A DNA stretch of 64,000 nt, from the NCBI GenBank assembly GCA_964016885.1, contig OZ024740.1:403310001-403374000 (forward strand), given 5' to 3'. The stretch is from Eledone cirrhosa (taxonomy: Eukaryota). The notes beneath the pieces are model-generated. The model saw only the letters and a list, made by a program, of their open reading frames with translations. It ran no database searches and was not told the origin of the DNA. Positions 14,935 through 29,900 of this stretch are shown here, piece after piece. The stretch's first letter is position 1, and each line of letters begins with the position of its first letter. The translations under genes and the position numbers were made by a program.

Positions 14935-16004
14935 GTACACGAACTGAATAAAAACAGTTCGTAACATAACTATACAGACGATGAATTATAGAGGCGTTAC
15001 TTATATTATGACACAGCGTACAGATGTCGTGTATAACCAAACAACGTTCAAATGCCATAAACAAAACAAACCCATGACTGATGATGTATAACTTTGGCTG
15101 CATACATCACACTCGCCAATATAAAGTCAACAACATTTCAACAGAAGTTATGAAACCTTTCAACGAACCTAAGTTGGTCAATTTAAGACCGTGTGTTAAT
15201 ATGTATTCGAGTGTAAGTGTGTGTGTTCATGTGTATGTTCGTGTGTGTGTGTGTGTGTGTATTTAAGCAGTGAAAGAATGAACCGCGGATATCAATATGG
15301 TGAGACAATTGGTCGCTACTTGAAATGCTACTTGTATTTACAATTGATAACGTCAGTTGAGTAAGTTAGTATCAAACATATTAATTAAATTGCAATAAGT
15401 CCGACTGCTCTTCTGAATATTGCATTAAGTGAAGGAGAAAATCATTACCGATTATCTCTTCACACTGTTCAATATTATCAAAGTCTTGCGTGTAATCAGA
15501 TCTATCTATCGATTTTATTACAGTTGTTGCAGAGGACGGTAGTAGAGATATTAGTTACATAATTAAGAAGGTGGTTATATTAGTAGATTTTTGTTGGTGA
15601 TGTGCATTATTATCTCATGTTAGTATTAAATAACTGACATTGCTAGGATAATAATATGAACCTCAGTTAACACAAACCTAATCTACAGCAGAGATCGATA
15701 CTTAATATTGCTCTAAGATAGACAGGTAGATTGACGCTGATGAAAACATGTTTCAACGAGTGTTGCAACATGACTTGCGATTCTTAACAAATAAGGTATT
15801 AGAAAATAAAATACTTGGTAGTATCTCATTATGTTTTCGATAATGTAAAACAATTTAAACATTGATTAATTCGTATCATTATCAGATACATTGTCAATTA
15901 CAGTGAAATAGAGATCAGGTCATAGATGTGTGATGAAACACTTTAATATGAAATAATATATATTATTATTTCAAAATAATAATTTCTTTCTTTATGGTTT
16001 CTAA

Positions 16005-16210
16005 TGTGGGCACAAGATCAGTAATATTATGGGAAGGGAAGATCGATTAGATCGATCCTCGATACATGATAAGTATTTTATTTTATCTGCCTACCCCGGA
16101 AGGATGCAAGGTAAAGATGACTTCGGCTTGATTTGAACTTTGAACTTAAAGGGCTGCAGTCAAATGCTACAAAGTATTTTGTTCGGCGCTAATGATTCTG
16201 CCAATCCAAT
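16005..16210 (-). mobile_element. Diverged SINE of the same superfamily
   Basis: ccccggaaggatgcaaggtaaag...gatttgaact...attctgccaatcca. Confidence 0.6.
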
Positions 16211-16549
16211 GACTACAACGGTGCTGTGTGGGATTAAGAGGTTACAATATGTCCACCGAGCAACTGATTTATTCCCAACACAATATTCTAATTAAATCAC
16301 TTGCCAACCAATTATAATTCTATATAAATTCAATGTTTTTCTATAAGCAATGTTTTCAGGTTATCACTTCTTGCTTGTGGAGATTTACATTTCACTAGAT
16401 TAAGAGAAAGATTTACTCACTAATGCGACATCGTAAAAATTGTATCCAAATCTCACTTTTAATCACATCTTTAAAAAGTAGAAGATACATTGAAAAATGT
16501 AGTCCCTGATAAAGTTCTTTCTATTGAAAAAAGAAAAGAAGGCTACGAT

Positions 16550-16733
16550 CAATACCGGCTTTACCATTGTACTTAGGGTTGCTTAAGCACAGGGCCCCGT
16601 TGGCCAGGAGAGGGGGCGGAGGTCATCTCCCTGCCAAAAATATTTGTTGCCGGGCCTACATCCTTCAGGGCCCAAGTAAAGGGGCTCATAACTTAACTAG
16701 CACAGGACCTCATTTGTCCTAAATCCGACACTG
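16550..16733. mobile_element. hAT-like MITE (184 bp)
   Basis: Imperfect TIRs caataccggcttta / taaatccgacactg; 8-bp TSD gctacgat / gctacgaa. Confidence 0.7.
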
Positions 16734-17182
16734 GCTACGAACATGATTAGAACGGCATTGATCTTAGGTCTGCTCGATCAGATCTGACATGGAAATAAAA
16801 AAAAACAGTAGGCTTTGATTTTTGTTTATATAGCATGATAGGCTTTCACGAAATTGAAACTTCTTCAAAATAGAATGTCTAATGCAATAAGAGTAATGAG
16901 TAACTGAAAATATAAAGGGACATCAGAATTATAGCCACTACATCATATCCGACACTCTAACTATTCCACCAAACAACCACTTTGGAGTGATACTTTATTT
17001 ATCGACACCAGAAAGAAAGGAAAGGGTGACATAGGCAGGAATTTACCTCATAACGCAAAATGGTAAGAAAAAATTGAAAAGCGTCTAATCCGATAGAGTA
17101 ACAGCCCTGCCACTTCATCGACTGTTGGTGCCAGTCACGAATTGGGATGTTAAATATTTCACAGGCACTAGTAAATTCAACC

Positions 17183-17248
17183 TATGTGTGAATCTACTAT
17201 ATATGGTTACCTAGCATTTTTTTGCATGTACAAAACTTCTTACGCTAT

Positions 17249-17346
<98 letters not shown>

Positions 17347-17411
17347 ATAGCGTAAAAGTTTTGTATATGCAAAAATATTCTCGGTAACCATATATAGTAG
17401 ATTCATACATA
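17183..17411. repeat. ~70-bp inverted arms flanking a (TG)n tract
   Basis: tgaatctactatatatggttacc...tacgctattata / tataatagcgta...ggtaaccatatatagtagattca. Confidence 0.85.
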
Positions 17412-17424
17412 TATATATATATAT

Positions 17425-17603
17425 CAAAGAGGATGTGGTAAGATACCAGGCAAACCATAACGCACCAGATTACTCAATACTTATGGTAGTAGAGTAGATA
17501 ATAGGAAAAGAGTCAGGACCCTGACGGCTGAGCTCCGGCCGTTTCGACAGCTAGATCTAGCTGTCGAAACTGGGAGCTCAGCCGTCGGGGTCCTGACTCT
17601 TTT

Positions 17604-17606
<3 letters not shown>
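17425..17606 (-). mobile_element. Family X terminus with fold-back hairpin (centre ~17555)
   Basis: ggaaaagagtcaggaccc...gtttcgacagctagatctagctgtcgaaac...gggtcctgactcttttcc. Confidence 0.75.
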
Positions 17607-17694
<88 letters not shown>

Positions 17695-17944
17695 CAAAAT
17701 GTTAATAAATGAAAAATATTCTCATAATCAAAATATATATTTTATTATACATATTTCAAAGGTACAATGGTGTTTAAGTACGTTTTCATCAGACAAAATA
17801 TAAGATTTGATATGTGACATACCGCTACGGTTTTGATTATTCAATTCCAATATTAAACACTCCAGGAAAATCTCTTGTCGAGTGCTTCTAATCTATTGTA
17901 AAATTGTATTCGTTGATTATTCAACGAACCATATTCATCTTTGG

Positions 17945-18018
<74 letters not shown>

Positions 18019-18039
18019 GCGAGAAATATATATATATAT

Positions 18040-18167
18040 GCGAGAAAAACCATAAGCCCTCCATCTCAATTCGAATTTTGAAAAGCATAAGAGCTACGAA
18101 ACCGGTAACGGAACCAAATAAATATTCTTAAAAAGACTCCAGTTACATTTTAGATTTCATCTTTTTT

Positions 18168-18172
<5 letters not shown>
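18040..18172 (+). mobile_element. Family Y pLTR fragment with decayed U3-A8 hammerhead (18075-18112)
   Basis: TTGAAAA-gcataagagctac-GAAA-ccgg-TA; homologous to 51831-51973 and 55461-55668. Confidence 0.7.
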
Positions 18173-18219
<47 letters not shown>

Positions 18220-18320
18220 GCCAAAAAGTAAGTATTTTTACTCTGGAGTTTCGCCTTTTTATGACTGGATCATATATATATATATGTGTGTGTAGATAGA
18301 TAGATAGACACACGCATTCA

Positions 18321-18380
<60 letters not shown>

Positions 18381-18386
<6 letters not shown>

Positions 18387-18790
18387 TAAACGGCAAAGAA
18401 AATGCTGACAAATTGTTCACAGTGAAAAATAGTTTAATTAGGAATAAGTGAGAATTAGTAATAGTATTGGTTAGTATTCAGTTTTGGTTTTAAGTTTTAC
18501 CGGTTGCGCATTTCTAATGCTTTTTAAAAATAATTTTGAGATAGAGCGTCCGTGATGTTTGCTATAATTTTGAGATAGAGCGTCCGTGATGTTTGCTCTG
18601 ATCTGAGCAAACATCACGGACGCTCTATCTCAAAATTATTTTTGAAAAGCATTAGAAATGCGCAACCGGTAAAACTTAAAACCAAAACTGAATACTAACC
18701 AATACTATTACTAATTCTCACTTATTCCTAATTAAACTATTTTTCACTGTGAACAATTTGTCAGCATTTTCTTTTCCGTTTACCAATATA
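18381..18790. mobile_element. 410-bp palindrome between (TA)n arrays, with a ~35-bp tandem duplication at the apex and a hammerhead-like motif at 18639-18674
   Basis: The arms are reverse-complementary; ttt-TTGAAAA-gcat-tagaa-atgc-GCAA-ccgg-TA-aaa. Confidence 0.85.
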
Positions 18791-18821
18791 TCATAACTTG
18801 TGTGTTACACCTCTATTCTTT

Positions 18822-20017
<1,196 letters not shown>

Positions 20018-20040
20018 TTTTCAATTTGTCAAACTATCTA

Positions 20041-20148
20041 ACGTCGAGGTCAACTTTGCCTTTCATCCTTACGGGGTCGATAAAATAAAGTACCAGTAAT
20101 GTACTGGGTAATTGGCTGGCCTTGTGCCAAAAGTAGAAACAGTTATTA
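20041..20148 (+). mobile_element. 5'-truncated SINE
   Basis: gcctttcatccttacggggtcgataaaataaagtaccagt core and 3' end. Confidence 0.8.
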
Positions 20149-20639
20149 CTCTAAGGTGACACAGCCTTATCGAGTGCTTTGCTGCACATTCCTAATTGTA
20201 TATCGTTAGCTTGGCCACAGCCAAAACTTCGATTTTACTAAACTTCCATTTATATATATATCAGAGAGAGAGAGAGAGGGGGAGATGTTTATCTGGAGGT
20301 GTCTATGTCGATTATGTAGTGTACTTTCTGTCATTGATTGAGCATTGTTTTCCAGCTTTACATTAGAAATACATGGTTCTCGTTCGTTAGGAGAAGCTAA
20401 GGCGGTTTCTTTTGTTGTCGTGAAGTTTTTCATTTTCCGCTCGAATACGGCTATTATTATTATTCATAAACATACTTCTCATTGAACTCATTTACAGGAA
20501 ATAGCCAGTTACATGACCATGCATGTTAGAAAAGCAAAACAACCATTTAGTCGTAGTTTCTGTTGATCACTTGAATCCATATATTTATATGTACATACAT
20601 ATATATATATATACAACCATATATAATTATTATTATTGT

Positions 20640-23170
20640 TGTTGTTGTTGTTGCCGTGGCAAATAAAAATAAATAATTATTATTCCACCACCATAACAAC
20701 AATAAACCGGATGGAAAAAATAATTACACCATTTAGAAAACAACAAAAATGTTCTCGGTCATCACAAACACAAATAAAAAAGAAATATTTGTATTGTCCC
20801 TGGAAAACAAACACGTAAAATAAGAAGGCGGGAAGGCAGCAGTAATGGTGCAACTCGAAATAATAGTAGAAAAGGTTAAAAAATGACATTTTACCGAACT
20901 GTGTGCCTACTGACCAGGCAACCCGAACCCTGCTACAGTTACTCAAGTGGAAACGGCTCTGAAAGAGGTACTGATCGATGTCGCTAACATTCAAAGAGCA
21001 AGGCAGTTTGCCAGCGTCAACATCCTCTTTAAAAGCGAAGAGCTTACACAAAAACACACGGGGATCCCCCCCCCCCCCCTACCTGTGTGGCTGAGAAATT
21101 TATACTCTATCCAACCTATCTCTCAAGGAGGACTGTCAGTTTGAGAATACTAGGTATTCCGCCAGGCATGAACATCTAGTGTATTGTGGGCTGCTTTGTC
21201 CTTGGATATCTGGACACACTCCTCGACGTTAAAAGCAGCGAAATGAAAAATTGTGGTTCACCCTGAAAAGGACAATTAGAGTAGAATTGATAAGGTTTAG
21301 CAAAGGACTAGCGACAGAGAAAGCTAGACTAGAGGACAAACTTGTAAGAAAGTTAGAATAGGCCATTGAAGAAAACATCGGAGCCGACGTGATTACAGCG
21401 AGATTGGATTAATGCGAAGCACGAAGGCCGCGTTGTCAGAGCTTGCTCTTAGACATGAGGGGATGAAAGCCGTTCGATAGACCCGACTAGCGGATGCACG
21501 CCGTGGCAACAAAGTTGGTGAGAAAGGGCCTGAAAGGTTATCCTCTCTCATCTCTGTTGTATGTATTGACTGTCAAGCCACTACTATACAAATAGGAGAA
21601 TGTAGAAGATCAGCATATAACAATGATGTCACCGTAGTGGTGTCGAGCAGCAATCATATTGAGTTGATCGGCACTGCTTTCGGAGAATCCGAAGCGATAA
21701 CAGCAGCAACAATAAACCAGTAAAATTCAGTGAGAGTGCAGCTCGGTACCTGGAGTGGCAAGTCCATGCCGTCCAAATATGTTGTCGGGCGCTGGACCGA
21801 CAGACCGGTTAAAGTGATCGGCGTCAAGTTTAGTCCAGACCTCTAAATAGACAAAAACTGGGACGAGATAATGAGCTGGGTAGCTACTCTCAACCAGAAA
21901 TGGGCCGAGAGTAAGTTATCCCCCGAAAAGTCGAACAGAGGTTGCGAACGTATACATCGCGTTTGTCATCTACTACCCACTAACTGTCATGCCTTGTCCT
22001 TGTCTACGCCTGACTGCACTGGAGTGTTTTCTCTTTCAATTTTTGTGGCAGAGACCAATGGTCAGGTGGTCCATTTGCTATCAACACCCGTTAAGTGGAG
22101 GACTAGGCACACCGTGGCTGATGATGCGAAAACATGCGCTCAGACTATGTCATCTCCAGCTTTACCTCGACGGTGAACAGGTGTGTTCACCGTTTGCTAG
22201 GCACATGTAGCCACAGCTCGTCTCTTTGACAGAGCTGCAGTCCTGGGTCAAGCGAAGACCAAGACGGAGCGAGTGCTTTGAATCTGGAATATCTCCAAGC
22301 ACTCACAGCCTTCAGCCAATCGGACAGTGCGATCGGTTGAAACTCCACCTTAGATTTCTATAGAGATTTAGTGGCAGTTAAATACTACTACGTTCTTTGG
22401 GAGACTCTTGGGGTCAACGAAAATCAACTAGCCACTCTTTTCCAGAGAATTTTCCGTCCATGGTCCATGGATAACTTCCAAAAATCCCTGACCTGGCAGT
22501 GCTGTCGAGGAGTTTTGTCAGTTCGAGATAAGCTCTATAGGTATGGAAGTGCCATCAGCCGGGCCTATCCTACATACACTCATCGAGTATCTGAGTATTT
22601 CTGACCTGTGGGTTTATGTCGAACACCTGCTGCTACATATAGAACGGATCTGGCTATCAACTGAGTCCATTGTGTAGATCGCCTCGCCGTCTTTCTTTAG
22701 AGGGGAAGGACAGACAGTTTTTATCTGCCTCGTAGCTATGGCAAAAGAGCTTGTATGGTGGACGCGCTTGAAATGTTTAAGGATAAGCACTTTCCTCTTC
22801 GATGAAGCCTTAATTAACCTTTCCAGGTTTCACCTGAAGCCAAAAGTCAGGGTGAAGGGGAAACTGTTGCCTTGAAACCAGCTTGTTGAAAGGCGGGTGA
22901 GAGATTCGAGCAGCATGGGCTTTCTCTGAGTATACGCCTGTAAATTGGAGAACATCTATGATAGCGGTTAAGGTTACCTTGGCTTTTTGTGGGCTTTCTT
23001 CAAGAGTCACTCTTGGAGGTATCCCCAATTTTGGGAAGTTGTTATATTATATTTTTAAATATTTATTTTTTCTTCTTTATAAACCTTTCTCTCGCACAAA
23101 AAAAAACACACTGTACCTTCCTGTGCCGTCCTTAATGAAAGCCATATGTGGATAATAATGAAACGATTAA
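20640..23170 (+). mobile_element. Degraded, internally deleted L1/Tx1-clade LINE
   Basis: Colinear similarity to ORF2 of 24635-30714 (gcacgaaggc, tgtatgtattgact, PWLMMRKHALRL, MDNFQKSL.WQC) with many stops and frameshifts. Confidence 0.85.
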
Positions 23171-23185
23171 TATTATTTTTATTTT

Positions 23186-23594
23186 GGGGCGGTGGATTGG
23201 CAGTATCGGTAGAGGGTCGGACGCCATGCTTTCCAGCATAGTTACGTCCCTTTACGATCTGAGTTCAAATCCCGCCGAGGTTGACTTTGCCTTTCATCCT
23301 TACGGGGTCGATAAAATAAAGTACCAGTAATGCACTGGGTAGTTGCTGGCCTTGTGCCTAAAGTAGAAACAATTATTATTTTTATTGGATTGGCAGTATC
23401 GGTAGAGCGTCGGACAATATGCTTAGCGGCATGTAATTACGTCCCTTTAAGTTCTGAGTTCAAATCTCGCTTAGGTTAGCTTTGCCTTTCATTCTTACGG
23501 GTTCGATAAAATAATGAACCAGTAACGCACTAGGGTTGATTTAATCGACTTTCCCCTCCCCCAAATTGCTGGCCTTGTGTCTAAAGTAGAAATC

Positions 23595-23621
<27 letters not shown>
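23186..23621 (+). mobile_element. Two head-to-tail SINEs (23186-23380, 23386-23621)
   Basis: A/B boxes, core and (ATT)n tails. Confidence 0.85.
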
Positions 23622-23622
<1 letters not shown>

Positions 23623-23625
<3 letters not shown>

Positions 23626-24634
23626 GGAATGTCTCCAGGCGCTCACTGTCCTCTCCCAGCTGGGCACCAGTATCGGTGGAACATCTACCTCGGCGTTCTA
23701 TAGAGGACTAGTGGAGGGGAAGAGCGACGACATTCTCGGAGAGATCCTGGGCGTCGAAGAAGATCGGCTGTTTGCTCTCTTCCGGAGAACTTTCAGCCCA
23801 GGGCCTATGGATAACTTCCAAAAATCCCTGGCCTGGCAGTGCTACCGGGGAGCGCTGCCGGTTCGAGATAAGCTCTACAGGCACGGAAGTGCCGTCAGCC
23901 GAGCCTGTCCGAGATGCGCGCAGAGCGACGAAACCGTTGTGCACGCACTCGTTCAGTGCCCGAGCATTGCTGACTTGTGGAGCTATGTCGAACAGTTGCG
24001 GTCACGTGTGGGACTGATCCGGCTGTCGACTGAGTCCATTGTGCAGATGGTCTCGCCGTCTTCCTTCGGGGAGGAAGGGCAGGCGGTTTTCATCTGCCTG
24101 GTGGCCATGGCGAAAGAGATTGTGTGGTGGACAAGGTTAAAAGGGTTAAAGACAGACACTTTCCTCTTCGGCGAATCCCTAATTAACTTTTTCAAGTTTC
24201 ACTTGAAGAGGAAAATCAGGGTCGAGAGGCAAGTGCTGCCTTCTAGCAAGTTTGTTGAAAGGTGGGTGAATGTAGCGAGAATGGTCCGAGTGAACGGGAC
24301 CACTCTGAATATACGTCTGTAGTTTGAGAGATGGAAAAATTGAGGCGCTTACCCTGTGGTCAGGGTGGCCGTGGTCTTTTGTGTGGTTTTCGCCACGAGT
24401 AACCCTCGGAGGCTTCCCCCCTATTGGGGAATTTTTAATTGTTTCAATTTTCATTTTTATTGTTTATATATATATATGTTTCTATGTCCTTTTTTTTCTT
24501 TTCTTATATAAATAATAAAAATATTTACACGCACAAAACCCACATCGTACCGTCCTGTGCCGTCTGTAATGTTTTTCTTGATGTCAGCCCTTGTGGCCAA
24601 TAAAGAAATCATTATTATTATTATTATTATTATT
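23623..24634 (+). mobile_element. 5'-truncated L1/Tx1 LINE (ORF2 C-terminal cysteine-rich domain, 3'UTR, (ATT)n tail)
   Basis: ORF 23711-24322 with CPRC..DETVVHALVQC, homologous to 29764-30417; ends aataaagaaatc(att)n. Confidence 0.9.
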
Positions 24635-25046
24635 GAATGCTATGGTTGACGGAGGCTCGGCTCTGTAAGGTATTGTAAATTTTGACCGCTATAACAATTG
24701 TAAATTGTTTAAAACTTTAACCAACTTGTAGACAAAAGCGCCCTCCTCCTCGTGAGAGAGGTCTTTCTGCCCGTTATTTGGCCCTTCGGGGTTAAATAAC
24801 TGCTTATTGGGGTTTTGTGCCCAATATTTATTTTAAACAAAAAAACAACATGGCTACGAAAAAGAATTTTCATAGGTCACTCCTACTCATTCCGTCTTCT
24901 TCTTCCTCAATTGTCACTACAGCAGAGAGAAGATTGTCTCTCTCCCTCCCTTCTTTAAATATGTCTCTCTCTCCCTCCCTTCTCTTTCGCAAGCGACGAC
25001 AGAAAAGAAAAGTCTCGTGCAAAGCGTGCAAGATTTCTCCACGACG

Positions 25047-26962
25047 ATGACGACAACGACGACGAAACAGGTGTGCGGGAAATACGAAAACCCATTTCAT
25101 TCGTCTGACGTCAGGAATAATAGCAGTAGCAGCCGTAATAACAACAGCAACAGTGACAATGAAAACAACGGTAGCAGCCGCAACAGCATCAACAGCAGCA
25201 TAAACAACAACAGCATTAGCAGTAGCAACAACAACAACCACAGCAACAGCGGCGGCGGCAGTAGTCGTAGTACCTGCAGCAACAACAAAAGTAACAGCAG
25301 CTCTGACGACAACAACAACAACAGCAGCAAAGAAAAACCAATCTCGTTTGCAGGTATCGCGAAGAACCTGGAAACCATCCTCATAACAAATGAGGAATTA
25401 GAGGAAGCGAAGAAGATGGTGACAAAAACTGGACACCGAGCAATCTGCAAAGCAGCGGAAAAATGTTTCGAAACCCAACAGCACTGTACGGTCACGTACC
25501 GTACAGTAAGTACAAAATCCCGTAGGTTTGAAAGAGCCACAGAGGCTCAAATACAAAAAGCCTTGGGGTCTGTGTGGCAGCGGAAAACGCACATCACCCG
25601 AGGCAAGAAATATGCCACCGTAGACGTACTTTTTGCCACACCCCAGGAGGCAAAGGCCCAATCCTTAGTGACCCTAAGGAGCGAGGAAATGGTGTTGGTA
25701 CCCTCCTACTGCGGGCAAAAAATTGTGAGGGTCAAACTGATCCACGCCCCCCCCCCCCCCCCCGGATGGCTCCTTCTTGGCTGGCCGCGTCTGTCCTCGT
25801 CGGAATCGAGGACAAAACAACTGTACTGCAAGTACAGAAAAAAGTAAGAGAAGATTGGGTCGGCACCTCCATTGAGATGTTAAACCAAACCAACCAGGAG
25901 TGCATCGAAGCTATCCCGGATGTGATAGACTTCGATAACGGCACTCAACTGCCCATAAGTGTTGAGGGCAAACGCCCGAAATGCTTTCGCTGTGGATCGA
26001 AGACTCACCTCAGGGCCTTCTGCAACGAGAAGACCCTGAGAAAGGAGAAAAACCCCCTCCTTCCGAAACCGGCTCCACGGCTACCAGCAACAGCACAAGC
26101 GGCAACCAGGAACGATAGGTCCGTGGCACCCATACCCACGCCACGGAAATCAAAAACAGCAGCAGCAGTGGAAGTATTAACAACAACAACAGCAATACCA
26201 AATGCAGCTGCAACAGAGACTCCAGTGCAAACATCACCAACAACAACAAGTGAAAGAGTGGAGCTGGTACCCCTCCCCGACCTCACAGAATCAGACATGG
26301 AGTGTGAGGTGGGAGAGGGATGGCAAAAGGTCGTAAGAAAGCACAAACGCAGAAGCAGCGCATCGTCGCCTTTGAAAAGGGAGGAAAGAAATGAAAAAAG
26401 GGTAAAGTCTACTACAAAGAGACTCACAGCAGCAACACCACCAACACCATCACCACCCACACTAGCACCACCATCACCACCGGCGACAACCCCACCGCCA
26501 ACAACACCTTCAACATCACCACCACAAGCACCAACATCGCAAACACAACAACAAAACACACACACCCAGCAACAATGACAAGAAAATAGCAGAACCACAC
26601 CCCACCCCCAGAAAAACAAATGCACGGCAATAAATACACACAACAAGAAACTAATGACTTACATAATTGAACACACAGACATTTCACAACACGACTACAT
26701 AATACCAGCACCAATCAAAACGCCAACTAACATAAGACTGCTAAAAATAGCACAGAAACAATACACAAACATTAAAACGAAATTCCCCAACGCAGTTGGT
26801 GATTTCAGAGACCTAGGAGGAACTATCAACCGAAGAGTATATTCGGACATACTCATAGAAGAGCCGACGACAAGCCGAAGGGACGATTCAACGGTCCCTT
26901 CACCAGACGATCAAGGGAAAAGGGATGGAAAAACCATCCCTCCTCTACAAAAAGTAATGTAA
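25047..26962 (+). pseudogene. LINE ORF1 (gag-like, CCHC knuckle CFRCGSKTHLRAFC) with a frameshift in poly-C at ~25750-25763 and an in-frame TGA at 26576-26578
   Basis: ORF 25017-25847 joins 25574-26578 across the C run; 26654-26962 is in the same frame with no other stop between. Confidence 0.8.
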
Positions 26963-26997
26963 GTGGTCTTTCCCATCTTTTCCACTCTATTTTAAAC

Positions 26998-29900
26998 ATG
27001 ACCTCACTCAGAATAGGCAGCATAAATGCGCATGGCTTGGGGTCGTCATGGAAGCAGGGTCACCTGCTCAACGACCTCAGGTCACTAAACATAGATGTAG
27101 TGGCCATCAGCGAGACCAGAATCTCCGAAGCACGGGCCTTCACACCGATCTTCGGCGGCTACGATGTGTACGCATCTCCCAGCCGTCCTGGATCGGGGGG
27201 AGGAGTTGCTGTGCTTTTTCGGAGAGGTTTGGATCTCGCCATACGGGCCATCTTCCTGGACCCAGAGGGTAAGTTGGTGGTGCTGGATGTGACCAGCGGA
27301 GACGGGCAAGCTTTCAGGCTAGTGGCCGTCTATGCCCCGACAGGAGCAGGGCGGCCTGATTTCTTCCGGCGTCTGGAGACCTTTCTTGGAACGTCCCGCT
27401 CTTTAGTGTTAGTGGGCGACTGGAACGGGATCTTAGATGCACGCTGGGACTGTGTGGGATTAGCGGATAGGGGTGGAGGGTGCAAGAGCCTCACCAACCT
27501 GCTCAGGCGTTTTGAACTGTCTGACAGGTACCCATTGGATTTCCCGAATGTGCCGATGTGGACTTGGACAAATCGCATAGGGTCATCCAGATCATATCTA
27601 GATAGAGTATTTTGTAGGGAAATAGATAAGTCTAGCATAGGCTGTCCACAATTCAAGATAGTCAGCTACACGGACCACAAATTCGTGATCTGTGTGCTTG
27701 ACTTAGATAGGCTTCATACACGAGGACCCGGCTACTGGAAGCTAAACGCGTCCTTACCAGCGCGCAAGGCCTACAGAGACCGGATTAGCGAACTAGTTAA
27801 GCGGGCGTTGACGGGGGCCATCGTCAACAACAAGTGGTGGTTTGCTCTGAAAAGAGCGATTAGAATAGAATCCATTAGGTTTAATAAGGCTTTAGCAATA
27901 GAGAAAAATAGAGCAGAGGGAGAACTAGTTAGACAATTAGACGAGGCGCTTAGCGAAGGCATTGCGACCGACGTGCTTGCGGCGAAATTGGCCCTTGACC
28001 AATTCTTCAATGCAAAGCACGAAGGCTGCGTTGTCAGAGCAAGGGTGCGTGCTCTCAGACACGAGGGGACGAAAGCCGTTCAATGGGCCCGAGTGGCGGA
28101 GGCGCGTCGTGGCAACAAAGCCACGATCCGGTCTTTGGTGGACCACGACGGGCGCATGCTACTCGATCCCGGGCAAATGTGTGAAGCTTTTCAGCGATAC
28201 TTCGCTCAGCTGTTCGGGGGCAGCGGTGGGCCGGGTCGAGGGATGGACTTTAGTGTCTACCTCGACGGACTGCCGCGGCTCTCGGCCACTGAGGCGAAGT
28301 GTTGCGAAAAGCCGATAACAGCCGCTGAAGTAAGGGAGGCAATGACTGGCTGCACAAGGGGTAAATCGCCTGGTTTGGATGGTCTACCCTATGAACTTTA
28401 CGTACAGATGCCAGACTTGTTCGGAGGCCTCTTGGCGGACGTCTACTGCAACTGGCAACAGAACGGGAGAATTCCCAGTTCTGTGAACCGAGGAGCGGTG
28501 GCACTGCTGAGAAAGGATCCGAACAAGGGGGATAACATAGATAATTTCCGGCCTATAACTCTGCTAAACACAGAGTTCAAGATTTTGGCCAAGGTGCTAG
28601 CAAAGAGGTTGGCGCTTGTCGTTGGTGGTCTGGTGGGAGAGGCGCAGACATGCGCCATTCCCGACAGATCCATCCACGACAACCTCCACCTCATGCGATA
28701 CATCGTAGAGAGGGTAGCTAGGGAACATGGCACGGGTGGGTCCTTGATCAATTTAGATCAGTCGAAAGCTTTCGATAGGGTCGACCATCGTTACCTAGCG
28801 GCAGTCCTGAGGGCGGCTGGCTTTGGGCCCGTCTTCAGAGGCTGGATCGCTGCCATGCACAGCGACATCTGCTCTGTGGTGAGAGTGAACGGTCACCTGT
28901 CGGAACCGTTCAACATCATGCGCTCGGTCCGCCAAGGATGTCCCCTCTCGTCCCTCTTGTATGTATTGACTCTCGAGCCATTACTGCACAAACTGGAGAC
29001 GTTGAGGGGCGTCCCGCGCGAACTAGGATGCGGAAGATCCGTGTCAGCATATGCGGACGATGTCACCGTAGTGGTGTCGAACGCCAAACACATCGAGGCG
29101 ATCGGCACTGCACTAAGAGAATACGAAGCGGTGACAGGAGCAATGATCAACCAGGAAAAGCCAGTGGGCCTGCAGCTCGGCAGCTGGAGAGGCAGGTCCA
29201 TGCCGTCCAACAGCGTCGTCGGACGCTGGACGGACGGACCGGTTAAATTGCTAGGGGTCTGGTTCGGTCCGGACCTCCAGACAGACAAAAACTGGGACGA
29301 GGTGACAAGCAGGGTGGCTTCTCTCACCCAGAAATGGGCGGAGAGGAAGCTATCGCTGAAAGGTCGAGCGGAGTTGGCTAACGCGTACATCGCGTCTGTC
29401 ATATGCTACCGCCTGACTGTCGTACCTTGTCCTAAGCCTCGACTGACTGCGCTGGAGCGTTTGCTCTTTCGCTTTTTGTGGAAGGGACGCGCTCCGATGG
29501 TCAGGCGGTCCATCTGTTGTCAACACCCGCTACGTGGAGGGCTGGGCATGCCGTGGCTGATGATGCGCAGGCACGCGCTCAGGCTACGACATCTCCACCT
29601 CTTCCTCGACGGTGATCAGGTGTGGTCGCCGTTTGCTAGACACGTATTTCCCCAGCTCGTTTCCTTGACGGAGCTGCAGTCCTGGGTCAAGCGAAGACCG
29701 AGAGGGAGCGCCTGGAGACTGGAATGTCTTCAGGCGCTCACAGCCCTCGACTAATCGGGCAATGTGATCGGTGGAAACTCCACCTCGGCGTTCTATAGAG
29801 GATTAGTGGAGGGGAAGAGCGACGACGTACTTGGGGAAACTCTAGGCGTCGACGAAAATCAACTAGCCAATCTCTTCGGAAGAACTTTCGGGCCAGGGCC

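Noticed and set aside
14150-15900. Possible host exons or decayed DNA transposon in unique-looking DNA
   Set aside because: The frames I checked contain stops and I could not read a convincing motif or splice pair.
26654-26962. Separate third ORF in the LINE
   Set aside because: In frame with ORF1 across a single TGA; better explained as the ORF1 C-terminus.
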